Below, piece after piece: positions 63,570-64,000 of a DNA stretch of 64,000 nt. The stretch comes from Lama guanicoe (lineage: Eukaryota): NCBI GenBank assembly GCA_013239625.1, contig MU055458.1, positions 356,972 to 420,971 on the forward strand, in the 5' to 3' direction. The notes beneath the pieces were generated by a model that was not told the origin of the DNA, did no database searches, and saw only the letters and a program-made list of their open reading frames with translations. Position numbers and translations under genes: made by a program. Within the stretch, counting starts at the first letter, position 1. Each line of letters begins with the position of its first letter.

Positions 63570-64000
63570 CTGCACGCGAAGCGCGGGTCGGGCAGGAGTT
63601 GTGTGTGCTTTCACCACAGTCCAGCTCATGCACAGCACGGTCCTTGGCACCGTAGTACGTACTGGGTGAACGCTGGGTCTTTGGACTGAGCCAAACCTTT
63701 GGGACGAAGACCCTCTAAGCATCGCCCGGCCGCGCCCAACGTAGCCTGCAGGAGAATCCTCCACTCCGAGCGTCAGCGCGAAGCCTGACGCATGCGTACT
63801 AGCTGCCCGAGCTTTGTTCTGTGTCTGTGTGGGTAGCCGGCAGGATAGTACAGCGCCTGCGCGATCCAAAGCCCGGGAGGGACAAGAGCGGAGTGGGCGG
63901 TGCTGCAGGCGCCAGCGCGGCGGCGGACGTGGGCGGGGCCTTGCGGCGCCTGCGCAGTCTTCACCGGTCGGGTGGGACGGGCAAGGGGCGGGTCGAGGGC
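63570..64000 (+). promoter_or_regulatory. CpG-island promoter of the next gene (probably SPECC1L)
   Basis: Sharp rise in CpG; NRF1-type GCGCCTGCGC at 63853-63862 and 63946-63955; GC boxes at 63895-63900, 63931-63939 and ~63985; gene identity from recalled synteny only. Confidence 0.75.

Noticed and set aside
1-64000. Hundreds of 60-300 aa ORFs in the six-frame track (e.g. 32691..33581 -, 50030..50857 -, 10151..10954 -)
   Set aside because: Pro/Gly/Arg/Trp-rich translations expected from GC-rich intronic DNA or the antisense of exons; many start at non-ATG codons; no recognisable domains

Overview
Mammalian genomic DNA, probably camelid judging by three copies of a Vic-1-like tRNA-derived SINE. 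The window holds most of the BCR gene (RhoGEF/RacGAP) on the + strand, from the distal end of intron 1 through coding exons 2-8 and 10-23 (human numbering) to the stop at 51140 and the 3'UTR. All visible exons have canonical AG/GT boundaries and compatible phases. Exon 9 is not visible and almost certainly lies in the 156-N gap at 28938-29093. Downstream is repeat-rich intergenic DNA (MaLR LTRs, L1, MIR, SINE) and a CpG-island promoter at the right edge, probably SPECC1L by non-primate synteny. The best new signal is a candidate alternative first coding exon in intron 16 (44459-44617). It has an ATG in good context, 53 codons and a phase-0 donor in frame with exon 17, and would give a ~320-aa GEF-less, GAP-only BCR. 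Its last residues (GTALWTHIRSLLYKGK|LDPQ) resemble the unique N-terminus of the short isoform of the paralog ABR, as recalled from memory. Also notable are a ~1-kb TSD-flanked composite retro-insertion in intron 14 carrying foreign AT-rich sequence with an exon-like segment, and a 5-codon deletion in exon 2. Almost all ORFs in the supplied track are spurious products of GC-rich intronic DNA. Repeat family names and boundaries are by eye and approximate.
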